From assembly GCA_963674965.2 (NCBI GenBank), contig CAXXFL010000005.1, positions 288,001-352,000 of the forward strand: a stretch of 64,000 bases of DNA, written 5' to 3'. A program made the translations under genes and the position numbers. Shown here one piece after another: positions 9,830 to 18,058 of the stretch (position 1 is the stretch's first letter; each line of letters opens with the position of its first letter). Below the pieces are notes generated by a model. The model had not been told where the DNA came from. It saw only the letters and a program-made list of their open reading frames with translations, and ran no database searches. Source of the stretch: a bacterium (GTDB taxonomy: Bacteria > RBG-13-61-14 > DATKZS01).

Positions 9830-10243
9830 TCAGTATACGAAAAGGAGGCCGGCGGTTATCGCGATTATCAGGACGGCCAGGCCCAGACAGCCGCTTTTGG
9901 GCTTTCCTCCCGAGAAATCGAGGGGGGTCCAGGGAAAATCGCTCGTCCAGTTCGAGTCGTTTTGCGCGTATTTATTGAAGGCGTCGATAATTTGCCCGAT
10001 CCTCAGGGACGGGTCGGAGCACTCGTAGTGGCTTTGTTCGCCGCCTTCCCGGTACTCGAGGACCAATCCTTGCTCGGACGTTCCGGCGGCCTGGATGAAA
10101 TATTCACCTTCATCCTCCCGCGAGAGGATTACGAAGTCCGCCTCCCCCCGCGCCATCTTCTCGAGCGCCTCGTGGATTTGGCCGGAAGAGGGATCGATTA
10201 TTTCCGCGCCGCCGTCTATCTCAAGTTTCATGTTTTCCTCCAC
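9830..10243 (-). CDS. Hypothetical protein with C-terminal transmembrane anchor
   Basis: 137-aa ORF 10 bp downstream of speE; ends with GCLGLAVLIIAITAGLLFVY. Confidence 0.65.
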   Translation of the reverse strand: MEENMKLEIDGGAEIIDPSSGQIHEALEKMARGEADFVILSREDEGEYFIQAAGTSEQGLVLEYREGGEQSHYECSDPSLRIGQIIDAFNKYAQNDSNWTSDFPWTPLDFSGGKPKSGCLGLAVLIIAITAGLLFVY

Positions 10244-10253
10244 CCGATCGGGC

Positions 10254-11792
10254 TCACTGGTTGAACTCTTTATAGCCTTGGTTGTAATACTGGACCAGGA
10301 CCTGGTTGTCCAGCCGGTTGATCTCGGTTTGTCTCGGGCTCATGTCGCGGGGAAAGTCGAACATGGCCGCCATGGTCCTCTCGTCCAGGAAGCGGGTGGG
10401 CACGCTTATATCGAGGCGGCTAAGGTCGATGGGCGAGGGCGAGGCCAGGGTGAAGCCCCATTCCCCGAAGGAGGGGACGTTGACGTGATAGGGCCTGACG
10501 TGGAACTTTCCGTCCTCGGCGTGGGCCACGGGCGCGTCGGCCACCGTGTTCACGATGCACCAGAAGGCGTCGGCCGCGAAAAAGGGCGAGCTGCTCTGCA
10601 CGGAGAGGGCGCCTTTAATATCCAGCCGTCTTCCCACCAGGGTGAAGAAGCTCCTGGTGTAGAGCTTGCCCAGGGTCAGGTCGTTGGGGTCGGGCAGGTC
10701 CATGATTATCACGTCGTAGGTCTTGGGGCATTCCTCGAGGTACTTCATGGCGTCGAGGTTTACGACCTTGACGCGCGGGTCGCGGAGGGACCCGCTATTG
10801 GCCTGGGCCAGGAAGTCGTTGTCGCGGAAGAGCCGGGTCATTTCCGGGTCGAAATCGACCAGGTCGATGGACTTCACTTCCTTATATTTGAGTATCTCGC
10901 GGGCGGCCATTCCGTCGCCGCCGCCGAGGATGAGGACCGAGTCCCTTCTCGCGGCCAGGCTCATGGCGGGATGGATAAGGCTCTCGTGGTACCTGTACTC
11001 GTCCTTGGAGGAGAACTGGAGCTTGCCGTCCAGGAAGAGTCGGAGGTCGTCCCTCCACTTGGTCAGGATGATGCGCTGATACGGGGTCTGCCGGGCGTAT
11101 ATGATCTCGTCCGGATATATCTTTTCCTCCATGAAGCTCACGGCGTGGCCCGAGAACAAAAAGCCCGAGCCCACGACGATGGTCCCGGCGGCGGCGTAGA
11201 CCTTGAGGGTGGAAAATCCGGCCAGCCTTTCCTTGAAGTAGACGATGCCCATCCAGGCCACGGCCAGGTTGAGGAGGCCGAACAAAAAGGAGGAGCGCAT
11301 GAGACCCAGATGGGGCACGAGCAAAAAGGGAAACATCAGGGACGCGGCCAGGGCGCCCACGTAGTCGAGAGTCATCACGTTCGAGACGGTCAGCCGAAGC
11401 GACTCCTCCCCTTCCCGCAGGATGCGGATGATGAGGGGTATCTCGAAGCCGATAAGGCACCCGATGCCTCCCGCCACCATGACCATGGCCGCGAAGTAGC
11501 TCTGGGTATAGGTGAAGAAGGCGAACAGGACGGCGGCCGAGCACCCTCCCAGGACGCCGACCGCGATCTCGATCTGGAGGAAGCGAAGGAGCAGGTTTTT
11601 CGTGATGAACTTGGTCAGATAGGAGCCGATTCCCATGGCGGTAAGGAAAAGGCCGATCACCAGGGAGAACTGGGTTATCGAGTTCCCCATCAGGTAGCTG
11701 CCCACGGCCCCCACTACCAGCTCGTAGATAAGGGACGAGACGGCCACCAGGAACACGGATATGAGCAGTACCAGGGAGCCGGACCGGTCCAT
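10254..11792 (-). CDS. speE: Membrane-anchored polyamine aminopropyltransferase (spermidine synthase family)
   Basis: Multi-helix N-terminal membrane domain; QTPYQ, LFLDGKLQFSSKDEYRYHE, LILGGGDG, IIMDLPDP. Confidence 0.9.
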   Translation of the reverse strand: MDRSGSLVLLISVFLVAVSSLIYELVVGAVGSYLMGNSITQFSLVIGLFLTAMGIGSYLTKFITKNLLLRFLQIEIAVGVLGGCSAAVLFAFFTYTQSYFAAMVMVAGGIGCLIGFEIPLIIRILREGEESLRLTVSNVMTLDYVGALAASLMFPFLLVPHLGLMRSSFLFGLLNLAVAWMGIVYFKERLAGFSTLKVYAAAGTIVVGSGFLFSGHAVSFMEEKIYPDEIIYARQTPYQRIILTKWRDDLRLFLDGKLQFSSKDEYRYHESLIHPAMSLAARRDSVLILGGGDGMAAREILKYKEVKSIDLVDFDPEMTRLFRDNDFLAQANSGSLRDPRVKVVNLDAMKYLEECPKTYDVIIMDLPDPNDLTLGKLYTRSFFTLVGRRLDIKGALSVQSSSPFFAADAFWCIVNTVADAPVAHAEDGKFHVRPYHVNVPSFGEWGFTLASPSPIDLSRLDISVPTRFLDERTMAAMFDFPRDMSPRQTEINRLDNQVLVQYYNQGYKEFNQ

Positions 11793-11796
11793 GAAA

Positions 11797-12084
11797 CTAC
11801 CTGTCAGGCTGGGTGACCTCCAGCGGCGCCTTGAAGTGAGGGTTCGATTTGGTCGAGGCCGGAGAGCAGATGGCCGCCGCGATGATTATGGCCAGGCCGA
11901 CTATCATGGCCCCGATGATGACGCCAAGGGCCACGTTCTGGTCCTCCTCGATCTCCTTGCGCACGGGCATGGGGATGATGAACTCGATGATAAAATAGGC
12001 CACCATGAAAAAGCCCAGACCGATTACGCAGTAAACCAGGGTCGAGACGATCTCCGAAAGATGGACGTCCGCGAATATCTCCAT
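11797..12084 (-). CDS. DUF350 family small membrane protein
   Basis: Two TM helices with VRKEIEEDQNVALGVIIG; typical position upstream of membrane speE. Confidence 0.85.
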   Translation of the reverse strand: MEIFADVHLSEIVSTLVYCVIGLGFFMVAYFIIEFIIPMPVRKEIEEDQNVALGVIIGAMIVGLAIIIAAAICSPASTKSNPHFKAPLEVTQPDR

Positions 12085-12164
12085 TTGATTTCCTCCCGTA
12101 TTAAAGGCGTACGCCGGATACCCCGGCGACGCGCCGTTTCCTTGTCAGTGGCCGCTTGCTCCCG

Positions 12165-12335
12165 TCACTTGCCCATGAACATGGCGTGCGTCCTGCTCCG
12201 AGAGCCGCTCACGCTTCCCTGCTTAACGTTTCCCTTGGCGTCGCGCTTGGGCGCGGCCAGGCCCCACCCGGCGTAGCTGGCGTAAGCGGTCAGGAAGAAG
12301 GCCGCCGTCATGGAGGCGATAAATATTTTAGTCAT
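12165..12335 (-). CDS. 56-aa small membrane/secreted protein missing from the ORF track
   Basis: MTKIFIASMTAAFFLTAYASYAGWGLAAPKRDAKGNVKQGSVSGSRSRTHAMFMGK; start overlaps the upstream DUF4178 stop. Confidence 0.7.
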   Translation of the reverse strand: MTKIFIASMTAAFFLTAYASYAGWGLAAPKRDAKGNVKQGSVSGSRSRTHAMFMGK

Positions 12336-13887
12336 CGTCGTCATTCAAGTCCCCCACTCTCTTGCCCTGGTAGGATGAGAACCTTATAAACTCCACCAGG
12401 GGAAAGAAAAGGCAAATTATTGCCATGATGATAAAGTAGCGATAAAGCATGGCCCCCTTGTACACGGTGACGTTGACCGTCTCCCGCCTCGGTCCGCCCG
12501 AGGTCCCCGAGCCGGCGTCGCCGCTGAAGCTGAGGCGGTACTCGCCGGCCTTGTCGATTTTAAAGGCCGCGCTCGCGCTTCTCGATCCCTCCGACCAGTC
12601 CGAGCCGGAGTAATAGGCCATCTCCTTGCCCAGTCCGACCACCGTCTGATTGGACGCGTCGATCACGTTAATATCCATGAAAATCCAGGAGTTCGACAAA
12701 GGGGCCTCAAGCTTGAGCTTGACCACCGTGGGCTTGGTGAAATTGATCGGTTGCGAAAGATAGGGCTGGTTCTTGTTCAGGTATTGATCGGCGCTGACGC
12801 TGAAATTGGCGACCTTTCTCGGCGTGACGCAGGGTCCAATAAGCATGATCAGGAAAAGGCCCGCGAAGATAAGCGAGGCGATGGTGACCTGTTTTCTCCA
12901 CGCCGCCCGCTGATAGGGCTGGTTCCTGGCCACCCCCACCGGGATGGGCATGTTCTTGACCTGGAAGGCATGAGCGATCGTCTCGGGCGTCACGTACTCG
13001 CCCGAGAGCCACTCGAGTTCCTGCTCGGTCCATTCCGCGCTGAGCATGAGTGGCGGGCTGACCGCGTCCAGGTAATCGACCTTGTCCCCCACCATGGCCT
13101 GGTAGGTGAACTCTCCCTCGATATAGGTTATCTGGGCCTGGGCCTTGTCCACCACCTGGAAGTTCCGGCCGTAATGGGAAAACTTGTCGCCCAGGGAGCA
13201 CCAGCGCGGGTTGAAGGCCGGCTTGTTCTTGCCCTTGCGCATATAGGTCCAATGGCCGTCCTCGAGGACCAGCCAGGCGTAACCGTTTTGAGGGTTGAAT
13301 AAAAGGAACTCGTCCCAAGAGTAGATGCCCTCCTCGAGCATCCGCACCCGGCCGATCACCTCCCACTCGATCCCCTTCAGGCTCCCCCTCGAGCCCAGCG
13401 GCAGCGGGGAGGCGGGCCTCTTTTCGAGGAGCACCTTCCTCAGGACCTTGTAGTCGGGGGAGTTCAGGTCGAGCACCGAGCCGCAATAGGAGCAGCTTAC
13501 CATCTCGGCCATGGCCTCGTTTTTTATCTCGATGGGAGCGCCGCAGTTCGTGCACTTGATGTTCTTGGGCTTGGCCGAGACCTGCCTTTTGATAAGCTTC
13601 CTTTTGGGGGGCGTCCGGGGCGGGACGCCCTGGCCGGGCGGAGGCTGGGAGGCGTCAACTCCCGGCTGGACCTGGGGCTGGGACGGCGACTGGATCGGGG
13701 CCGCCGGGTCGGGCCCGTTTCCGAATCCGGGTATGGGAGGCGGGGCCACGTCGGGCTGCCGGAGTTCCTGAAGCCTCTTCATGGGCAACACCTTGCCGCA
13801 ATGGGGGCAGCGAGAGTGTCCCACCGGGATATTGGCGACGTCGACCTCTTTCTGGCAGTAAAGGCACTGTAATATTTTATCGCTCAT
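12328..13887 (-). CDS. DUF4178 domain membrane protein with zinc ribbons
   Basis: CxxC pairs, Pro/Gln-rich linker, WDEFLLFNPQNGYAWL, IEGEF, two TM helices. Confidence 0.8.
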   Translation of the reverse strand: MSDKILQCLYCQKEVDVANIPVGHSRCPHCGKVLPMKRLQELRQPDVAPPPIPGFGNGPDPAAPIQSPSQPQVQPGVDASQPPPGQGVPPRTPPKRKLIKRQVSAKPKNIKCTNCGAPIEIKNEAMAEMVSCSYCGSVLDLNSPDYKVLRKVLLEKRPASPLPLGSRGSLKGIEWEVIGRVRMLEEGIYSWDEFLLFNPQNGYAWLVLEDGHWTYMRKGKNKPAFNPRWCSLGDKFSHYGRNFQVVDKAQAQITYIEGEFTYQAMVGDKVDYLDAVSPPLMLSAEWTEQELEWLSGEYVTPETIAHAFQVKNMPIPVGVARNQPYQRAAWRKQVTIASLIFAGLFLIMLIGPCVTPRKVANFSVSADQYLNKNQPYLSQPINFTKPTVVKLKLEAPLSNSWIFMDINVIDASNQTVVGLGKEMAYYSGSDWSEGSRSASAAFKIDKAGEYRLSFSGDAGSGTSGGPRRETVNVTVYKGAMLYRYFIIMAIICLFFPLVEFIRFSSYQGKRVGDLNDDDD

Positions 13888-13909
13888 TGCCGTTCACCCG
13901 CGCCTCGCG

Positions 13910-14566
13910 TCACGCGTCGCTCCAGCCCGATCCATCCTCCTGGTCATCCTTGGGGTAATCGAGCTTGATCTCGCCAACGTCCACCCACTCCCCCACGAAG
14001 ACCTCGGGCGCTCCCTCCGTGTACTCGATGGTGACCATGTAGTCGCCCTGCGACGCCTCGACGTAAGGAAATTGCCGGTCCTTGGTCAGCACCCAGGGAA
14101 GGCTGCCCTCGGCGCCCTCCAGGTAGGCCACGTCCTTCTCGTCGACGATCACGAATTTTCCCTCGACCACCAACTGCCCGCCGGGCGAGACCTGGCTATA
14201 GGCCGGTATCTGAACGGGGCCCCGGACGGCGCGCTCGAAGCTGAACTCGTACTCGTCCTCCGCAATCCAGCCGTAGCTCCCGTCCTCGAAGGCCAGGTAC
14301 CACTCGTCCCAAAAACCCTTGGCGTAACGGTAACGCACCCGGCCCGCCACCTCGAAGCGCTTGCCCCGGACCTGGCCCGTCGCGTGAAGATAAAGGGGGG
14401 TCGGGTACTCGACCAGGATGGCCATGTCGCCCATGGCCAGGACCGCGTCGTCTTGCCAGACCATGGCCCCGCCGCAGTACTCGCAAACGGCCATGGCCGC
14501 GAACCTGTCGATGTCCTCGATCAGGGCCCCGCAGTTGGGGCAACTGACTTTCTTGTAATTGACCAT
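13910..14566 (-). CDS. DUF4178 domain protein with N-terminal zinc ribbon
   Basis: CPNCGA...CEYC, GRVRY, WDEWYL, GWIAED, AEGSLP. Confidence 0.8.
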   Translation of the reverse strand: MVNYKKVSCPNCGALIEDIDRFAAMAVCEYCGGAMVWQDDAVLAMGDMAILVEYPTPLYLHATGQVRGKRFEVAGRVRYRYAKGFWDEWYLAFEDGSYGWIAEDEYEFSFERAVRGPVQIPAYSQVSPGGQLVVEGKFVIVDEKDVAYLEGAEGSLPWVLTKDRQFPYVEASQGDYMVTIEYTEGAPEVFVGEWVDVGEIKLDYPKDDQEDGSGWSDA

Positions 14567-14667
14567 AATCAGCCTTTGAAGCCGGGAAGGGCGCCCGGTT
14601 ACGTTACACTATTAAATCCGCGAGCCGATGTCAACGGCCAAGGGGCGTCGCTCTTTCAGACTTCGTT

Positions 14668-15093
14668 TCATCCAACCTCGAGGATTTTTATGTCGAACAC
14701 CAGTTTCTTTCCCGCCAGGGGATGGTTAAGGTCCAGGGTCACCTCGGCGTCGTTCGCCTCGAGCACCACCGCCCGCATGACCATGCCGTCCTGGCGCTGA
14801 AGAGTCAGGATCATGCCGTCCTCGAGGTCGTCGTCCTCGGGGAACTGGCCGCGCTCGAGCTTGACCACCGCCTCGTCGTCCCGCTCCCCGTAGCCGTCGG
14901 CCGCCTCGACCTCGACCCTCTTCTCCTCCCCCGCCTCGAGCCCCTCGAGATGGCGCTCGAGCCCCTCGATGATCTGGCCCGCCCCGAAGGTGAACTCGAT
15001 CGGGTCGTCGCCCTCGCTGGTCTCGACCGACTCGCCGCCGGCCAGGCTAAGTTTATAATGCATCTTGACCTTGCTGTTTTTGGAAATTCCCAT
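14668..15093 (-). CDS. FKBP-type peptidyl-prolyl isomerase (SlyD/FkpB-like)
   Basis: GAGQIIEGLE, GYGERD, LDLNHPLAGKKLVFDIKI; no His-rich tail. Confidence 0.9.
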   Translation of the reverse strand: MGISKNSKVKMHYKLSLAGGESVETSEGDDPIEFTFGAGQIIEGLERHLEGLEAGEEKRVEVEAADGYGERDDEAVVKLERGQFPEDDDLEDGMILTLQRQDGMVMRAVVLEANDAEVTLDLNHPLAGKKLVFDIKILEVG

Positions 15094-15421
15094 TTCGCTA
15101 TCCTTTCCCGAGGGTTTGGGGTTGCGAGAATCCGGGGGCCCGAAGGCCATGGTCGTGGATAAAAAAACGACGAGCTTAAAAAGCCGCGCGGCGCGGGCCC
15201 TGGCCGGACTTATGAGAGGGGAAATAAAGAGGGCTTGCTCCCGGCGGGAGCAGGGCCTTTAAATAAGCCGCTCTCAATCCTGTTTGAGGGAACCTACCAA
15301 TAATCGATACGGTTGTCAAAGGCCGCGGTTTAATTCGCGAGCCTCGAATTGCCAAAGCGGCGTCCATTATATATATTTACTCATTCCGTCTTGAAATCCG
15401 GCGAAAAGGAGACCCCGAGAA

Positions 15422-16441
15422 GTGACGAGCGAAAATGACGAGAGCGTGGTGGAGGAAACCAAGGAGGAGGCCCCTTCAAAGCCTTCCCTCATAAGGCAGG
15501 TCGTTCCATGGTTCGCGGCGGCGGGCATTTTGGCCTTCATGTTCTACAAGGTCGACTTCGCCGGGGTATGGGCCGCGCTCAAGGCCACGGGATCGAACAT
15601 GTACGTCATCATCGGGGCCTATCTTGTCTATTGCCTCATGTACTGGATCACCGACGTGCTGGGCTTCTGGAGGGCATACAACTGGTTTAACGCGTCCATC
15701 GGCCTCGCCGAGACCGCCAGGTTGCGCTTCGCCTCCTACACGGTCCAGGCCGTGAACGGGGCCCTGACCGAGATCATGTGCGTGCTCTACATGTACAGGG
15801 TCAAAAAGGTCAAGGCCCTCGAGTCCACCGGCACGGCCGGGTTCGTGTACTTCAATGAAAACGTGGTGCTGGTCCTGCTTCTCACCTTCTGCGCCTTTTT
15901 CCTGCCCGAACAAAGGCGGGTGTACGACCCGGTCCCCGGGTTGGGGGTCCCCTTCTGGACCGTCCTTCAGGGACTTCTGGTCGCCGTCTGGGTTTTTATT
16001 CCCATATTCCTGATCTTCTGGAGGTCCGGACTCAAGGACAAGTTTCCCCGCGTACGCGACGCGGGCGTTTTAACGGCCTTTAACAAGGCCACGCTCCTTG
16101 AGTACCTCGAGGTCTTCCTCTACCGCTTCTCGAACAACCTGGTCAGCGTGGGCGTCAATATAGTGATACTTCGCGCCATGGGCATCGACGCGCCCATCGC
16201 CCTCATGGCCGCGGCCGTGCCCATCATCGTGAACCTGGCTTACACCCCGGCCTCGGCCATGGGCTTTGGCGGGCCCCAGCTCGCGGCGTATTATCTGCTC
16301 AAGGGCTACGCGGCGGAGGACCAGGTGGTGGCCTACAGCCTGATCTGGTCGGCCCTGTTCTTTTTGACCCGTTTCCTCGCGGGCATCGGCTTTTTAAAGC
16401 CCGTTTACTCGGCGGCCTTTCCGCCCGTCCCCAAGGCCTAG
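15422..16441 (+). CDS. Lysylphosphatidylglycerol-synthase-TM / flippase-like (UPF0104) membrane protein
   Basis: Multiple TM helices, VDFAGVWAALK near the N-terminus, PASAMGFG motif. Confidence 0.65.
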   Translation: MTSENDESVVEETKEEAPSKPSLIRQVVPWFAAAGILAFMFYKVDFAGVWAALKATGSNMYVIIGAYLVYCLMYWITDVLGFWRAYNWFNASIGLAETARLRFASYTVQAVNGALTEIMCVLYMYRVKKVKALESTGTAGFVYFNENVVLVLLLTFCAFFLPEQRRVYDPVPGLGVPFWTVLQGLLVAVWVFIPIFLIFWRSGLKDKFPRVRDAGVLTAFNKATLLEYLEVFLYRFSNNLVSVGVNIVILRAMGIDAPIALMAAAVPIIVNLAYTPASAMGFGGPQLAAYYLLKGYAAEDQVVAYSLIWSALFFLTRFLAGIGFLKPVYSAAFPPVPKA

Positions 16442-16570
16442 CCCACTGGCCCCGGCTTTTTGGCGTCCTTTTCAACCAGGACATCCTCTGCTATACTCCT
16501 GTCAGGAATTATATCCCCGCGAGCGAGAAGAGCGTTTCACGGGGCGTTTTACCGCCGCGGGCAATCCATC

Positions 16571-18055
16571 ATGCATACGCGAAAAACCGGCAAAGAGCGG
16601 GAGTCTCAGGACAGGAAACTCATCGAGGAAAGAAACGCCTGGTTCTATTCTCTCGACGTCAAGAAGAAGGAGGAAAAGCTCTTCGAGCTGGAGGTACTTC
16701 TTAAGGGACTGGACCGCTTTTTCAACCTGGCCAACCAGCCCATCAGCCAGAAAGAGGGCATCGTAAAAAGGAACTTCATCCACGAGCTTCGGATTATAAG
16801 GAACGCCGTGGCCAAGGTGGTCCGTCTCAGCCAGGGACTCCTGACCGAGGAGGACAACCGGATACTAAGGTTCAGGAACTACGTCGAAAACCGACTCCTC
16901 TCCGATTACCAGCGGGCCAAGATCATCGAGCGGTCCCTCCACCAGCGGACGCCCGAGGAATCGCTGTACGTGCTTTGCCACTCCTTTATCAACTTCCAGG
17001 AGATACTCCAGAACGTCACCGGCCAGGACGAGGCCGCCTATTTCCTGTTCTACCACATCGAGCAGCTTATCAGCCGGGAGATAGCGGGCAACCGCTTTTT
17101 CAATCCCTTCAAGGCCGCGGGTTTCGCGCCCCATTACGACGTCATCAAGAGTCCCCGCTTCGCCCGGGTGGCGAGGGACATACCCGACCACGAGCTTCGC
17201 CGCCACCTGTCGGTGGTCTTCCTTATCATGTTCAAGCTCCTTCGCTACCTGTCCTTCGTCAAGCCCGAGGTCAAGGACCTCGAGCCGTTAAAGGACTCTC
17301 TATTGATCTTCTCGCTCATGCACTCCGAGTCGAGGCTGCTCATCGACTTCCTCGAAAAGGACCTGCCGGCGCGCGTCAGGAACTGCTCATCCCTTCCCCC
17401 CGAGGTTAGCCGGAAGCTCCTGGGCCACGTCGATTCCCTGGCCTATCAGCTATCGGTCGAGTTGGACAAGATGTACGAGCTGGAGTTAAAGGACGCGGCG
17501 GAAAACATGGACATGACCAGGCTCAGGAACGGGATCAGCCGCTCCCGCGGCCTTTTCACCAGCATCTTCCAGCAGGGCATCATCCACATAGCGCAGGTTT
17601 TCGACCCCGAGCTCAAGGGCAAGGACGTCTTCCCCGGCTTTATCTCGAGGCTCGAGGTCTCGCTCAAGCTGAGGAAGGACGTGTGGCTTTTCCACAAGGT
17701 CATCGAGAACCTCGAGCGGGTCATCACGGACTGCAAGGCGAAGAACGAGGTGATCCCCATAATCGAGTCGATCAAGACCCTGCGCAACTTCATCTTTTAT
17801 TACCAGAACATCAGCTTCCAGTTCGTGCGCAGCATGGACCGCGACGAGTTCCAGCGGTTCTTCACCAAGATCGACAAGTTCAACGTGGCCGACCTTTACG
17901 AGGAGGAAAAGCTGGACGGATTCATCCGCGACCTTCACGCCTTCAAGATGTTCCTGGAAACGACCCTGGCCAGCATCAACAACAGAAACGAGTTGCAGGG
18001 GATACCCTTCGGCACCGAGGAGGGCGAAAAAATCCTCGCCCAGTTCCTTACCTGA
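16571..18055 (+). CDS. Hypothetical cytoplasmic helical protein
   Basis: Long ORF with host-like codon use, 3 bp upstream of mfd; no recognised motif. Confidence 0.7.
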   Translation: MHTRKTGKERESQDRKLIEERNAWFYSLDVKKKEEKLFELEVLLKGLDRFFNLANQPISQKEGIVKRNFIHELRIIRNAVAKVVRLSQGLLTEEDNRILRFRNYVENRLLSDYQRAKIIERSLHQRTPEESLYVLCHSFINFQEILQNVTGQDEAAYFLFYHIEQLISREIAGNRFFNPFKAAGFAPHYDVIKSPRFARVARDIPDHELRRHLSVVFLIMFKLLRYLSFVKPEVKDLEPLKDSLLIFSLMHSESRLLIDFLEKDLPARVRNCSSLPPEVSRKLLGHVDSLAYQLSVELDKMYELELKDAAENMDMTRLRNGISRSRGLFTSIFQQGIIHIAQVFDPELKGKDVFPGFISRLEVSLKLRKDVWLFHKVIENLERVITDCKAKNEVIPIIESIKTLRNFIFYYQNISFQFVRSMDRDEFQRFFTKIDKFNVADLYEEEKLDGFIRDLHAFKMFLETTLASINNRNELQGIPFGTEEGEKILAQFLT

Positions 18056-18058
18056 CCC

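Noticed and set aside
10095-11816. Long antisense or alternate-frame ORFs (this one; also 44353-46044, 45813-47690, 50100-51824, 19735-21165)
   Set aside because: Shadow ORFs of well-supported genes, expected at high GC3; no motifs.
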